In this document: piece after piece, positions 41,051-51,586 of the stretch
Layout of the letters: every line of letters starts with the position of its first letter
Position numbering within the stretch: position 1 is the stretch's first letter
Assembly (NCBI GenBank): GCA_000002445.1
Contig: CP000067.1
Location: 512,001 to 576,000, forward strand
DNA length: 64,000 nt
Direction: 5' to 3'
Source of the DNA: Trypanosoma brucei
Taxonomy: Eukaryota
Made by a program: the position numbers and the translations under genes
The notes under the pieces: generated by a model
Seen by the model: only the letters and a program-made list of their open reading frames with translations
Database searches by the model: none
What the model was told of the DNA's origin: nothing

Positions 41051-41390
41051 GCGAGTTGAGGTCGTTGTTCGGTGTGCCTGCGTTGGTGTTTCACGTTGCC
41101 TCATAACATAACAAATCCCCCTTCTTTCTTGGTCGCTATGCATCTATTGTGAACAGTTTCGTCAGGCAGACATTTTTGTGCCGGTGTACGTTTGGTTATT
41201 TTCTTCACTCGCCGCTAGTATTCCTTCGTCTTTGCTTAGGAGGGACCAAGAGACGGTAACTAGGAAATTGAGCGAAAATCACTAGAATTAGGCGCTTACC
41301 GTTAGGTTTGCTTCGTTTCTCCTCTGAAGTGTCGTGTACGGCGCCGCTCGGCGGAGTTGATAATATACTAGCGCGTTCTGCAGCTGTGTT

Positions 41391-44300
41391 GTGGGTGAAA
41401 CCAACCCCCTTATCACAGCTGGTATGGCAGATACCTTGCAACTTCTGGGGGATGTCACAGATGTGTCAAATGCGGCTGCCATAGTCGGGCTCGACACACT
41501 TGTGGAGGAGGGGCGTCTTATCGAAGAGCGAGCCGATTATCTGAAAGAAAAATTCAAAGAGCTCCACAATCGTGTTCTGGTAGTGTACAAACGGGACTTT
41601 TTTCTTTTGAAGAGGGCACGGCAGCTGCGAAAGGAGCTTGATGCCCAGAAGGAGCGGATGGCGGCGCGCGGGAAGATTGCCCAGGATGATGACGCGGAGA
41701 TCCAGCGCTTGAATAAGTTGCTCATGGATACTGAGGAAGAGCTCTCAGATGCCCAGGAGCGCGAGAGTATTCTTCAGGTGGAGGTGCTAGAATTAGATAG
41801 GAAGAAATTTACTGTAGCGCTAGAACGTGAGGATGCTATCGCAGCTGAGGAGGCTCAGTTGAGACCTCGCATGGAGGCTATGCGGCAGGAGGTATCGTCA
41901 ACTGGAAAGGAGCTCGAGGACATGGTGGAACAATGCAAGACCCTTTCTGCGAAGCGCGACGTTTTACTAGCACAGGAAGCGGAGGCTACGGAGGCCCTCG
42001 CTAAGTTTAAAACAACGATGGCGGAGACTACAAGGCAGCTTGCCAACATCGAACGGTTGCCAGAACATTCCCTTAGACAGGCACAGGTGATTCTGAAGAG
42101 TTACGAAGCTGCGTTGCTTGAGGCGAAGGCCCTGGACGAGAAGTTGGCCGCTCAAGCTGACATGATAGCAAAGCTAGAGTTGAAGAAGAACAATCGCAAC
42201 TTGGACTACGAGCAGGCTGTGGCCAACCTGCAGAAACTCAAATCCAAGATAGACTCAAAACGCGTCACCATTGCCACCCTCAACACTTCATTAGAGATGG
42301 AGCAGGAGGCACGTCTGGGGTATCAACAACGAATAGCTCAAATAGAAGATCTCATTAACACCACCAATGCCACAAGGGCCAAACAGTGTGAAGACGTGGA
42401 ACAGGCGAGACGGGATCTAGAGCAGGCTCGGGAGGAGTATGCGGAACTTGACATTGCGCTCTGCAAAATTATAAAAGAGCAGAAGGATGTAAAGGACAAC
42501 ATAACCAGTGTAATGAAAACTATCGAGCGTGTGGAAACTACGCGCAAAAGAAACGCACAACGCTTAGACGACGCGAAACGGGATGCAGAGAGACGAAATC
42601 AACTTTTCTTGAAGGAGCAAGGCTATGAGAAGGAGTTTACCGCAAAGGTTGGAGCGGTTAGCGCTGATATCAAGGTGATAGAGAAGGAGATCATAAACCG
42701 AACGCTGCAGGAGGAGACAAAACGTCGTGAGATCAAAGCCTTGGTCGTTCGTCTACAGGAACTCAGTAAGGAGAAAGCTAAGGGCAAGAGCCGTATCATC
42801 ATAGGGAAACATGAGCTACGGATGAAGGAGATGTACGTGAGCGATGCCCGGAAGCGTCTCTCCGACTTAGAACTTCGACTTGATTCTATCATCGATACGT
42901 TCCAGAGCATCAAGCATGAACGGACTCACAAGGCTGCGCAGATACAGGCTATAACACAAAAGATGACTGAGATGACTGAGAAAAAGGCCATTCTTGAGAA
43001 TGAGCTTGTTGTCCTATGCCGAGAGTCCGCTGTAAAGGAGGCTGAGTTGGTGAAGAAGCGAAGGCAAATTCACAAACTCCGACAATCATGCAGGGCGCTC
43101 CGGTTGGAGAAAAACAATCAGCGAAAATGCTTGGAAAAAAGGAGTTTGGAAGAACGTAATATAAAGGCTCAAGCCCGGCGGGTGGCCAGCCGCATTGCCA
43201 CCATGGAGGAGGAGATGGGAGGCGCGAAGCGGAACTATCAAAACATTATCGAGAACCGTGACGGTGCTGGCATTCAGCTTCTTGACAGGAACGATGAGTT
43301 GTGTGTGTTGTACGAACGCTTCAAGACGCAAGAGAAGGTTATCCGCGATGGAATCACCGTGGACAATGCTCGTGAGGAGGAGATACGGGCGCTGCGCATA
43401 AAATTTACTGATGTCCGTCGTCAGGTTGACCTTGTTCGCGCTTCGGTGCCTCAGGTGAAGGAACTGGAGGACCGGCTGGCAAAAATCCTGAATGACATTG
43501 ATGATGAAAAGTGGAAGGTGGAGGTTCTAGAAAATGACCTCACAAATCCAAAGAACGCGCACCGCTGGCGGCTTCTTAAAAGACAAAACGCGGGGAGGAG
43601 CGTCGCCTCAGGCGTCACCGCCCCCCAGCAGGCACACTCCGACGTCGTTGCTACTGCCTCCCCTGGTGAGGCAGCACCGAGCGCCATTGTGACTGCGTCT
43701 GACAGCTGCTCGGACGACGTCGTTGACTTGCAGCAGCGATATCAGCAGTTGGAGGAACGCGTCAGAAATGTCAACGAGCGTATCCGTGAAAAGGAGCTCA
43801 TTCTCGAGGAGGTGACTGAGTTGTCGACGCGTTTAGCTGAGCAAGTTAAGAACGGGCGTGAGTTTACCCTAGCACTCACGAAACAGGTGAATTCTCACCA
43901 TCACAGCATTCGGGCAAAGACGAGGCAGATGATGGCTACCGTTTCCGAACTCTCTGTTTTTCAGGCATCCGCAATTCAGTTGCAACAAGACGTGCAGCGT
44001 CTTGAAGGCATCGTTGAGGAAGCGGAGCGGCTGATGGCGGAGGGTGAGGCTCCTTTCGCTGAGGCAGAGGAGCGGTACATTAGAGAAGTTGAGGGCAAGG
44101 CGCGGTACAGGAACGTTCTGCGGCGCAAAAAAGAGGAATTGGAATCGGAGAAATCCAAGGGTCCCAAGGTTTACGTCGAGCAACGGCCGAATGCTTACAT
44201 CCCGGATGACGGTTTGAGTGTTCCGAAACCATTTGGGGCCCTAATGCCCTTCAAACCGACGCCGGCAGTTCAAACATCGCGGTATTACAGGAGTAAATCC

Positions 44301-44426
44301 GAACGTTCTCGAGATAGCGATGGGCCGAAACGAGGCCCATACTCGGAGTCTTATAGCGGTGGGGGTAGCTTAAAGGGCAACGACAATGGGCCCCCTAAAA
44401 CCAACCACTTTTCGCTGACGCAGTGA
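41391..44426 (+). CDS. Large coiled-coil protein (1011 aa), hypothetical; possibly axonemal/cytoskeletal
   Basis: K/E/R/L-rich heptad-like sequence runs almost throughout, followed by a short basic S/G-rich tail. An alternative start is MADTLQ at 41424. It is the same size class as CCDC39/40-type proteins, but no motif-level support for that. Confidence 0.6.
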   Translation: MGETNPLITAGMADTLQLLGDVTDVSNAAAIVGLDTLVEEGRLIEERADYLKEKFKELHNRVLVVYKRDFFLLKRARQLRKELDAQKERMAARGKIAQDDDAEIQRLNKLLMDTEEELSDAQERESILQVEVLELDRKKFTVALEREDAIAAEEAQLRPRMEAMRQEVSSTGKELEDMVEQCKTLSAKRDVLLAQEAEATEALAKFKTTMAETTRQLANIERLPEHSLRQAQVILKSYEAALLEAKALDEKLAAQADMIAKLELKKNNRNLDYEQAVANLQKLKSKIDSKRVTIATLNTSLEMEQEARLGYQQRIAQIEDLINTTNATRAKQCEDVEQARRDLEQAREEYAELDIALCKIIKEQKDVKDNITSVMKTIERVETTRKRNAQRLDDAKRDAERRNQLFLKEQGYEKEFTAKVGAVSADIKVIEKEIINRTLQEETKRREIKALVVRLQELSKEKAKGKSRIIIGKHELRMKEMYVSDARKRLSDLELRLDSIIDTFQSIKHERTHKAAQIQAITQKMTEMTEKKAILENELVVLCRESAVKEAELVKKRRQIHKLRQSCRALRLEKNNQRKCLEKRSLEERNIKAQARRVASRIATMEEEMGGAKRNYQNIIENRDGAGIQLLDRNDELCVLYERFKTQEKVIRDGITVDNAREEEIRALRIKFTDVRRQVDLVRASVPQVKELEDRLAKILNDIDDEKWKVEVLENDLTNPKNAHRWRLLKRQNAGRSVASGVTAPQQAHSDVVATASPGEAAPSAIVTASDSCSDDVVDLQQRYQQLEERVRNVNERIREKELILEEVTELSTRLAEQVKNGREFTLALTKQVNSHHHSIRAKTRQMMATVSELSVFQASAIQLQQDVQRLEGIVEEAERLMAEGEAPFAEAEERYIREVEGKARYRNVLRRKKEELESEKSKGPKVYVEQRPNAYIPDDGLSVPKPFGALMPFKPTPAVQTSRYYRSKSERSRDSDGPKRGPYSESYSGGGSLKGNDNGPPKTNHFSLTQ

Positions 44427-45006
44427 AGACCTGGGAGAACGCACGTGGTAATTGCACTATCGCATCGCTTACGGTCCTCTTCTACTTCCTTTCTGTTCTG
44501 TTATTTGAGAGTTAGGACCTACTCGACATTTTTGTGTTCTTACCCTTTGTCTAAGGTGGTTTGTAGGTGCATGGTGAGGGCGATCGTATGTACTACTATT
44601 GGTTTGCGAAGATGTCCGAGATCTCTACCCTCGTGTGTAATGTATATGAATGCTTTCACGATTATATGTATCCTTCTCTTTATTATTGCGCCTGTGTGAT
44701 TTCATAACTCACTGGCTCATCAAGGCGCGCGTACGTACGTACGCACGCGTCTATGTGCCGCAATTATTCAATTTCTCAGTAGTCTCTATGATGCGGGATG
44801 CCTTCAACCTGTATTGCGTATGCGAGGGGTTGTAGAGAATTACTCCACCAGTCTTCCTCCCTTGTCACACCTGACTGTTTTGGTTACCGCAACTCATCTA
44901 CGATGTCCGAGGCGTTTTGCTTTTGTTGTTGTATCTTTTCTCTTTCTCTTTTGTGCGTGCGTTTTGGTTCTTGCCCGTTTCACCGTAAAAGCGTTTTCCT
45001 ATAGTT

Positions 45007-45531
45007 ATGATTGTCGGCCAAATGAGAAGGGCATCAGTCGCCGGTAGCTCCGACAGCGTCCTTGCCATTCGGTCCTGTTTTGACAATAGAGATGCCGTAT
45101 TGTTTATTCAACCTGGAGATGGGGCACTTCTGGTAGCGGACGGCCACCGCTATGTTCAAGTTATTTTACACTTCCATGGTGTTACGAGGTTTCCAAGCCT
45201 GATAGTGCTCCCATGGGAACAACATCGATTTTCTGTACGAGTTAACAATGTGCTGTATGACGATGGGCCGATTAGCTTGGATGTGGGTGATGAAATTGAA
45301 CTCATGGACTCAAGATCCCGCTTGACTGCCGATAGGTGCGTGTTTCGAGTAGAGCTGCTCACCACAGGATGCGGTCCTTATGTTTCTGAGCTGTTGGCTA
45401 ATGGTAATCGCACAGATAATGCGGTGCCTGCTCACAAGCCGTATAAAGTTGGACAGGGGAGCTGTTGGGCCGAGTTTGTGAACCACCGCGTAGGGAAGCT
45501 GGACAAGGTCCTTTCCCGTGTGAAAAGGTAA
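45007..45531 (+). CDS. Hypothetical protein (174 aa)
   Basis: A non-repetitive ORF on the coding strand of the plus-strand array with protein-like composition. No recognisable motif. Confidence 0.4.
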   Translation: MIVGQMRRASVAGSSDSVLAIRSCFDNRDAVLFIQPGDGALLVADGHRYVQVILHFHGVTRFPSLIVLPWEQHRFSVRVNNVLYDDGPISLDVGDEIELMDSRSRLTADRCVFRVELLTTGCGPYVSELLANGNRTDNAVPAHKPYKVGQGSCWAEFVNHRVGKLDKVLSRVKR

Positions 45532-45827
45532 CATGTATATGCGAGTTTTGTGCCCATGACCCAGAACATGGCATGTAGTGAGGATAAAGGGGGGAAATCG
45601 ACTATCTTGAAAATATTTTCCCTTTGTATATGTACGTGCACAACATTTTCTCTGCTATTTCCTCGTGAGTGTGCATTTGCCTTTGTTTGCATTTCCCCCG
45701 CCCAACAGGTTCACTCATTTACTTCGACCCTTCCTTTTCACCTTCCCCCGCGTCCAAGTGACCAAGCAGGAGGGTCACAGTACGATTTGTAGGACCTAGC
45801 TTCCCCTACCGTGCGTGGCGCCACCAC

Positions 45828-45891
45828 CATTTCCTCTCCTCTCCTCTCCCTTCCCCCCTTTTCCCATTTCCCCCCTCCCTTGTGGCGTTGT
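45828..45891 (+). promoter_or_regulatory. Polypyrimidine tract (trans-splicing / polyadenylation signal) upstream of the small membrane-protein gene
   Basis: ~60 nt of uninterrupted C/T (ttcctctcctctcctctcccttcccccctttt…ccccctccctt) followed by AG and then an ATG at 45910. Confidence 0.6.
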
Positions 45892-45909
45892 ACATATCTC
45901 GGGCGGGAA

Positions 45910-46311
45910 ATGACCGAGTCGTACCGATCGTCGATGTACCTCTTCCAGCACTCGTTTTGCAGTTCGGTTGTATTGGCTTTTTGTTTGCTCAACGGCACGC
46001 TTGCGTTCTTATTCGCATTCATGATAGATTCTGGCGCACTTGCAGCGTTCGCAGTACCTGCAGTGGAGCGGGGGTGGGTGGTAAGTGAAAAGGCCACGGC
46101 GTGCCGACGAGCCGGGGGTTTGTTCATGTTGTTGTCGGTATTGGTGTTAGTAGCACCGTCTTTGAGGTGGCTGCGCGGGCCGTGTCGTCTTCTTTCCTCA
46201 CGGTTACGGTACCGTCTGCACTGGGGTTATCGAACTTTTCTATCGAATGATTGCCAAGATGTTGCAAGCAGTAGGTGCAGTGATGGTGATTGCGAGATGC
46301 TTGAAGTGTAG
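45910..46311 (+). CDS. Small hydrophobic (2-TM-like) membrane protein, paralogue 1 (~133 aa)
   Basis: Start set at MTESYRSS (45910), just after the polypyrimidine tract. The six-frame ORF begins at 45811 inside that tract. Two hydrophobic segments flank GWVVSEKATACRRAGGLFMLL. It is paralogous to the ORF at 47051. Confidence 0.5.
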   Translation: MTESYRSSMYLFQHSFCSSVVLAFCLLNGTLAFLFAFMIDSGALAAFAVPAVERGWVVSEKATACRRAGGLFMLLSVLVLVAPSLRWLRGPCRLLSSRLRYRLHWGYRTFLSNDCQDVASSRCSDGDCEMLEV

Positions 46312-47050
46312 TTTCGTTGTGTTTGTTCCGCGGTCTTCCTCTGCGATTTTTTTTTTCACATTTCCTCGCGTACGTGAGTATACAGGGCTTACTCTCTCTA
46401 AAGGCACCTTTGGTGTGTTGGTGGGTGTCTCAGCCCAATGCTACCTGCGCTAAGTGAACAAGGCCGCTTTGCTTTTTTCACGCTTCTATACCTTTTCTCT
46501 ACGTCTTTGCGCTGCAACTGGGATACACAAATCGCTGATTCTATTTGCTGTTCATGTTCTGGCACCCCACCACCAGCGTCAGCGTGCCAGTTTCACCACC
46601 TGATCTAGGAGCAATGAGGTGAAGACTTTCCTCCCCCTCCCCCCGCGCACGTCACTACGGCGACACATGTTGTTTTCCTTTCGGTTTTGCAACATGAGGG
46701 ATTGGGATGTTGCCGAGATGATCAACGATGAGTGGGGAGGAGGTAATTCGTCGTGTTCGCGAATGCAACCGATGAGGTTTAAGAAGGCCGTTGATGAAAT
46801 GAGCATGTATGTGAGCTTGTGTTTGTGGACACGTATACGCATACATCTCTAAAGCTTGTGGTTGCTAACTTTGTGCCTTGCTTAGCTTTTCCCCCTCCTT
46901 TTAGATTCTGATTCCATCTCTACACGTTGCCCTACAGTGTTATCCCTCTTTGTTTTTATGCTATGCTTGTGCGTTATTATTATTTTTGTTACCATACATA
47001 CACATCTTCGAAGGTGAGATTAGGTGGTAAACGTTTGCTTCGCTACGACG

Positions 47051-47446
47051 ATGTCTCCCAAACTGTATGTTTGCATAGCTTTCTCTTTTGTGAACGCAGT
47101 GACAGCATTTGTCATTTCGTGGTTGATGCAGGCTCGTATCACGACATTTGATATTACTGCGTTTACGCATGGGTGGGATATGCCCCAAAAGACAGAGGCA
47201 TGTCGAAGTGCTGGGGTGCTCTACCTGATCCTGGGCGCGTGTTTCTCCGCATACGCTCTCTACTTGCGCTATGCTACGCGCGCAGAACAGTTAAGGCGCT
47301 ACGAAATGGAGCTTGCGGGAATGCCAGAGGGGACGCCGCTCTTACGCGGCCCGGTCACTAACGGGAGTTTCCCACAGAGTAAACAAAATCAGGGAGCCAC
47401 CGGGCCCCGCTCCAAAGAAAGTTATGGAGCAGACAGTAGCAATTGA
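47051..47446 (+). CDS. Small hydrophobic (2-TM-like) membrane protein, paralogue 2 (~131 aa)
   Basis: Start set at MSPKLYVCIAF. It shares the motif GWDMPQKTEACRSAGVLYLIL with the 45910 gene (GWVVSEKATACRRAGGLFMLL) and the same hydrophobic-segment arrangement. Confidence 0.5.
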   Translation: MSPKLYVCIAFSFVNAVTAFVISWLMQARITTFDITAFTHGWDMPQKTEACRSAGVLYLILGACFSAYALYLRYATRAEQLRRYEMELAGMPEGTPLLRGPVTNGSFPQSKQNQGATGPRSKESYGADSSN

Positions 47447-48643
47447 GAGGTGTTGCGGGCAATGCAGGACCCGAAGAGGGAGGAAAGAAAAAAGTATGGT
47501 TACCGTTTCGTGACACTTGTTTGCATCCTCGTGTAAATTACCTGAGGAGGACGCGTCCGTTTCTCTTTCCATGCGCGGGTGTGTTTGCGTTTGTTTGTTT
47601 GCAGTGGGAGGAGAACATTTTATGGAATAGGCGGGGTCACATCAAATGATAGGAACAAATGTGAACGGAGAAGGGTCGTTGTGCATGTGTATTGTTTGTG
47701 TGTGTGTGCGTGAGTACTGGATGGATATATGTGCAGAAGTGATGATGCTTACAGGGCGTTTGAATTTTGCATCGTGGAATATTTGGTGGCTTCTCTTTTC
47801 CCCTTTACTTTTCCCTTTACGTGTGCGTGTGGCGCGTTTTCCGTCTCTTTACAAATTTAACGCATTATGGGAAAACTGGTAATCATCAGTGGGCATCACA
47901 CACATACTCATCGTGCGGTCAATATGATTCCTTCTCCGTTGAATAGCGATCGGACGCCCGCCTAGCAACAAATGCCTCCGTGAAAGCCTCTGCGGAGAAA
48001 CGCGGTAGCGATAGTGGATGATGATGTGGGAGAATCTTCCGTTTGGAATAGCGTTTGCGTTAGCTGGACTCGAGCTTAACCATCGAACCGACTTGTCGCG
48101 TTTGTTATTCTTTATATTTTTCACAGCGTTTTGGTCTTCTCTTTTCATTCGCTAGACTGGACATTGCACCTGTCCTTATGCCGGTACTTTCTTTCTGTGT
48201 GTGGAGGGGGCAAGCGTTGAAGGTAATTAGAGGACTTTTGCTTGTGTTTGTATCCATGGAGGTGTACCTACCGTTCCCTTCTGCTGTTTTCATTTTGTTT
48301 GACTGCTCCGTTGACGCTCCTTCTACACTGTTTTGCGTCCGTTGCTCTTTCGGGTTGTGCGAACTTTCTCCTTGTACTGTTACTTTGTGGCTATTGTGAA
48401 AGGAGAAAAAAATATAACGACAACGCCTATTATGCTCATTGATATCTAACCATCCGGAGAAATGTGTGCTATTATCGTTACGTGTCCACCTCCAAAGTGT
48501 CCATGTGTACTATTGTGCATTTGATAGTAAGTGTCACTTCAACCTCCTCTTTTGTTTGACGCCCTCGTCGCTGTACATCTAATAGCCAGGCTTACGCGTT
48601 TACACGACACCAACAGTCTTCGAAAACAGACTAGCACGACAAA

Positions 48644-49093
48644 ATGGCTCTTGTGAAGAAGTTCTCCGGCTCCGTCGCTGCCAACCGCAGCAAGAAGATA
48701 CACCAGCTGACGAAGAAGACCACCAGGGTGAAGCGTGACCGCAAATCTCCTCGCCTCTACATGAAGGGGACTCTCGCCGGATACACCCGGGGGCTGCACG
48801 GGCAGAACAAAAACACTGCACTCGTCCGCATTGAGAACGTGAACACAACTGAGGATGCCAAGTGGTACGTTGGCAAGCGCGTTTGCTATGTTTACCATGG
48901 CTACAAGATTAAGCGTTGTGTGCGTTGGTCGAAAGCGCCTGCCCGCCGCAGCAACACCCGCGCCATCTGGGGCCGCATCACCCGGCCACACGGCACGTCT
49001 GGAACCGTTCGCGTTAAGTTCAATGGAAGCTCCGTTCCCGCATCGGCCATTGGCAGGCGCATTCGCGTGTATCTGTACCCCAGCCGCATCTAA
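48644..49093 (+). CDS. RPL35A: 60S ribosomal protein L35a (eL33), 149 aa
   Basis: A clear L35Ae family sequence: …RLYMKGTLAGYTRGLHGQNKNTALVRIENVNTTEDAKWYVGKRVCYVYH…IWGRITRPHGTSGTVRVKF…. Confidence 0.9.
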   Translation: MALVKKFSGSVAANRSKKIHQLTKKTTRVKRDRKSPRLYMKGTLAGYTRGLHGQNKNTALVRIENVNTTEDAKWYVGKRVCYVYHGYKIKRCVRWSKAPARRSNTRAIWGRITRPHGTSGTVRVKFNGSSVPASAIGRRIRVYLYPSRI

Positions 49094-51586
49094 AATGCAC
49101 CGAGTGAAAGAGTGGGGACGTTCTGAGAAACGATGTGGTCACAGGTGAGGAGGCCAATAGCCTTAGCAATTAAGTAATTCGATTCTTTTTTTTATTGATT
49201 CCCTCTCTTTTTTTATTTTACTCTGAAAGCAAAAAGAAGAAAAACTAATAATAATATGTTTTCATATGGAACGGGGTGTCATGTGACTGCCGGCTGACCG
49301 TTCTGTGTTGTATGGTGTTTCGCCATCAGCGGGACTATTGCCGTTACACTTGATAGTGGAGGTCGAAATTAATACTCTTTTCCCCCATTCATTCTTCTAC
49401 CTTTGGTTATGGCAGTTTGATCCGCAAGAACCCCAACTAGTGCGATGTGCACCCTAACTTTTAACCTATTTGTTCAGTGATTTGGGTTGGTTTGCCCTGT
49501 TATAACAATCCAATGAAAGGAGGGCCCCTTTAGTTGAACGATCCGCCACTGTGGATGCCTTTATTTTCTATCACTCCAATGTCACACAGTGGTGTGGGTA
49601 ATGTGCTGCCGACCCTAGTGTTGGGATGGGGAGAGCATCTGAATGCATCCACTCTGTACGTCCCCTGTGAAGGATATCGCGAGCATCCGAGGGCTGCACA
49701 TGCGCAAATGTTCACTCGTTGGTGTTGTCACGAATGAAACGGCGCAATGGGTTCCTGTGGAGCGGCACCTGCGGTAGCGCTGGAGAGCCCTTCAGGCCCT
49801 CCATTAGTTGCGAATCGTATGCAAAGGGGTAATGCGAACTTATTGTCACATACTCCTGCAACAGTTTTTGGGTAGTGCTTCGAACACTATGACGCCCCGA
49901 TTGCGCTGTTGCGACCATATCGTCTGCGTGAAGCTTTTGCACGACGAGTAGCACGCACCAAGTCTTATTGTGGAGTCTGCGGCGGCCCGCGCCCGTCCCG
50001 ATGACGCTTTAAAGATGCAGGGTGCTACTTGAAGGGATGAGTAATAATGTCGCTGTGAGGTGTTCGCGTCCAATCAGTGGCAATGAATTGCGTGGGTGCA
50101 CAGCAAGGGCGTCCTGTGTAATGCGGTGGATGTCGGCTGTCCCTATCTCGTGCGTGTGGATAGCAGAGCCCTCCTTGTTGTATGATGTCGTTGGTTCGGT
50201 ATCAACGCGACGGTTTGGCGCTCATTTGGGGTGCGACGTTATTGCACATATCGCTACCGACAGAAGCGAATTCAGACGTGTGAACCTCCTAATGTGTGGG
50301 GTGAGGAGCGTTACCATCCTAAGAATCGGCCGGCGGACGGAGCGGAATGTCGCTAAAAGGGGGTAGGATTACATGTGAAGCCCGTGTCACCATGGCGCAA
50401 TAAAATGTGGAGACAACTGGAGGATAACGCCTCTTCGGTTACAGGAGCGGTGGTGTGAAAATTGCTGCAGTGTAGGGTGTGATACTGCAGCTGAGGGTGA
50501 AAGACTCGTGGGTGTAGGGGTACCAAAACTGCCTGCGGTGCCGCAAGCGACACGATGTGCAGTCCTGAGGGGGCGAGGCTCAGATACATCGATGGAGGCA
50601 CCGTTGGATTTGAGGTGCATCTGAGAGGTGTGCCTATGTTTCAGGGCATCATAAGTGGTTACAATGGGCGGGTGGCAGCAGCTACTGTTAGCTTAATAGG
50701 GCAGGAGGAGGGGTGAGTGGATGGGCTCGACAAGCCATCCCAGCAAAAGATGGAGCGGGACGGGTGCTGACGTCAGCTTGAAGATTCTTCCCGGTATGCA
50801 AGTTGGACAGCCTGGGTCCCCGCTATCGAAAGGCATGCCCAGCGAGGGGCATGCTGCTGTTAGCGAGGGAAATTCTGTTTTCCCTTTGATGGGAATGACG
50901 GTGTCATCGGCGATATGGGGCCAAAGGCACCGTGTGTGCACAGTCACACACCACTTGGGGCTTCGTCAGATCCACTTCTACTGGCTTCGACAACTGCGCC
51001 CGCCGACCTTTGCTCGGCCACCCGTAATCCGCTCGGGTCTGAGTTTACTTCTGCGGTTACGGCTGACGCATGCTGCGACGAGCCTGCAAGCGCGGGTGGA
51101 TGAGTGATGTGCAAATTACTCATTGCATTTTTTTGGTAGTATGGTGGCGTAGTGAAACGACAATATTTGTGAAACGACGCTGAAGCTGATTTGTTCCTGT
51201 GGGTGAATAGTGATATATGATAGTCGCGGTTGGGAAGAAATTATTTAGCGCAACGTATACGTGACCCTGTTTGGCCGCTTTCTGAAGGTGTTCCACCACG
51301 GGAGTGGTTTCGAGTGTTGTGGAGGATACGATGGCTCGTGGTATTTGCATTGCTGTCTATCTGCCTGACTTCTGTTGCAGCGACTACCGTCACTCACCAA
51401 CACGTTTCCTTTTCCTTTTCACCGCACGTGGTTACGTGCAAGTGAGCGATTGTTACCCGCTAAGACAACTTTATTACTTTTGCATCTTTGTGGACTAGTC
51501 AGGGTAGTGGTATTCACTTTTAGGTTGCACGCCGCTAGTGGATTTCAAAGTGTCTGCGCGCGTGGTCGGAGCAGGCCGCGGTCAGC

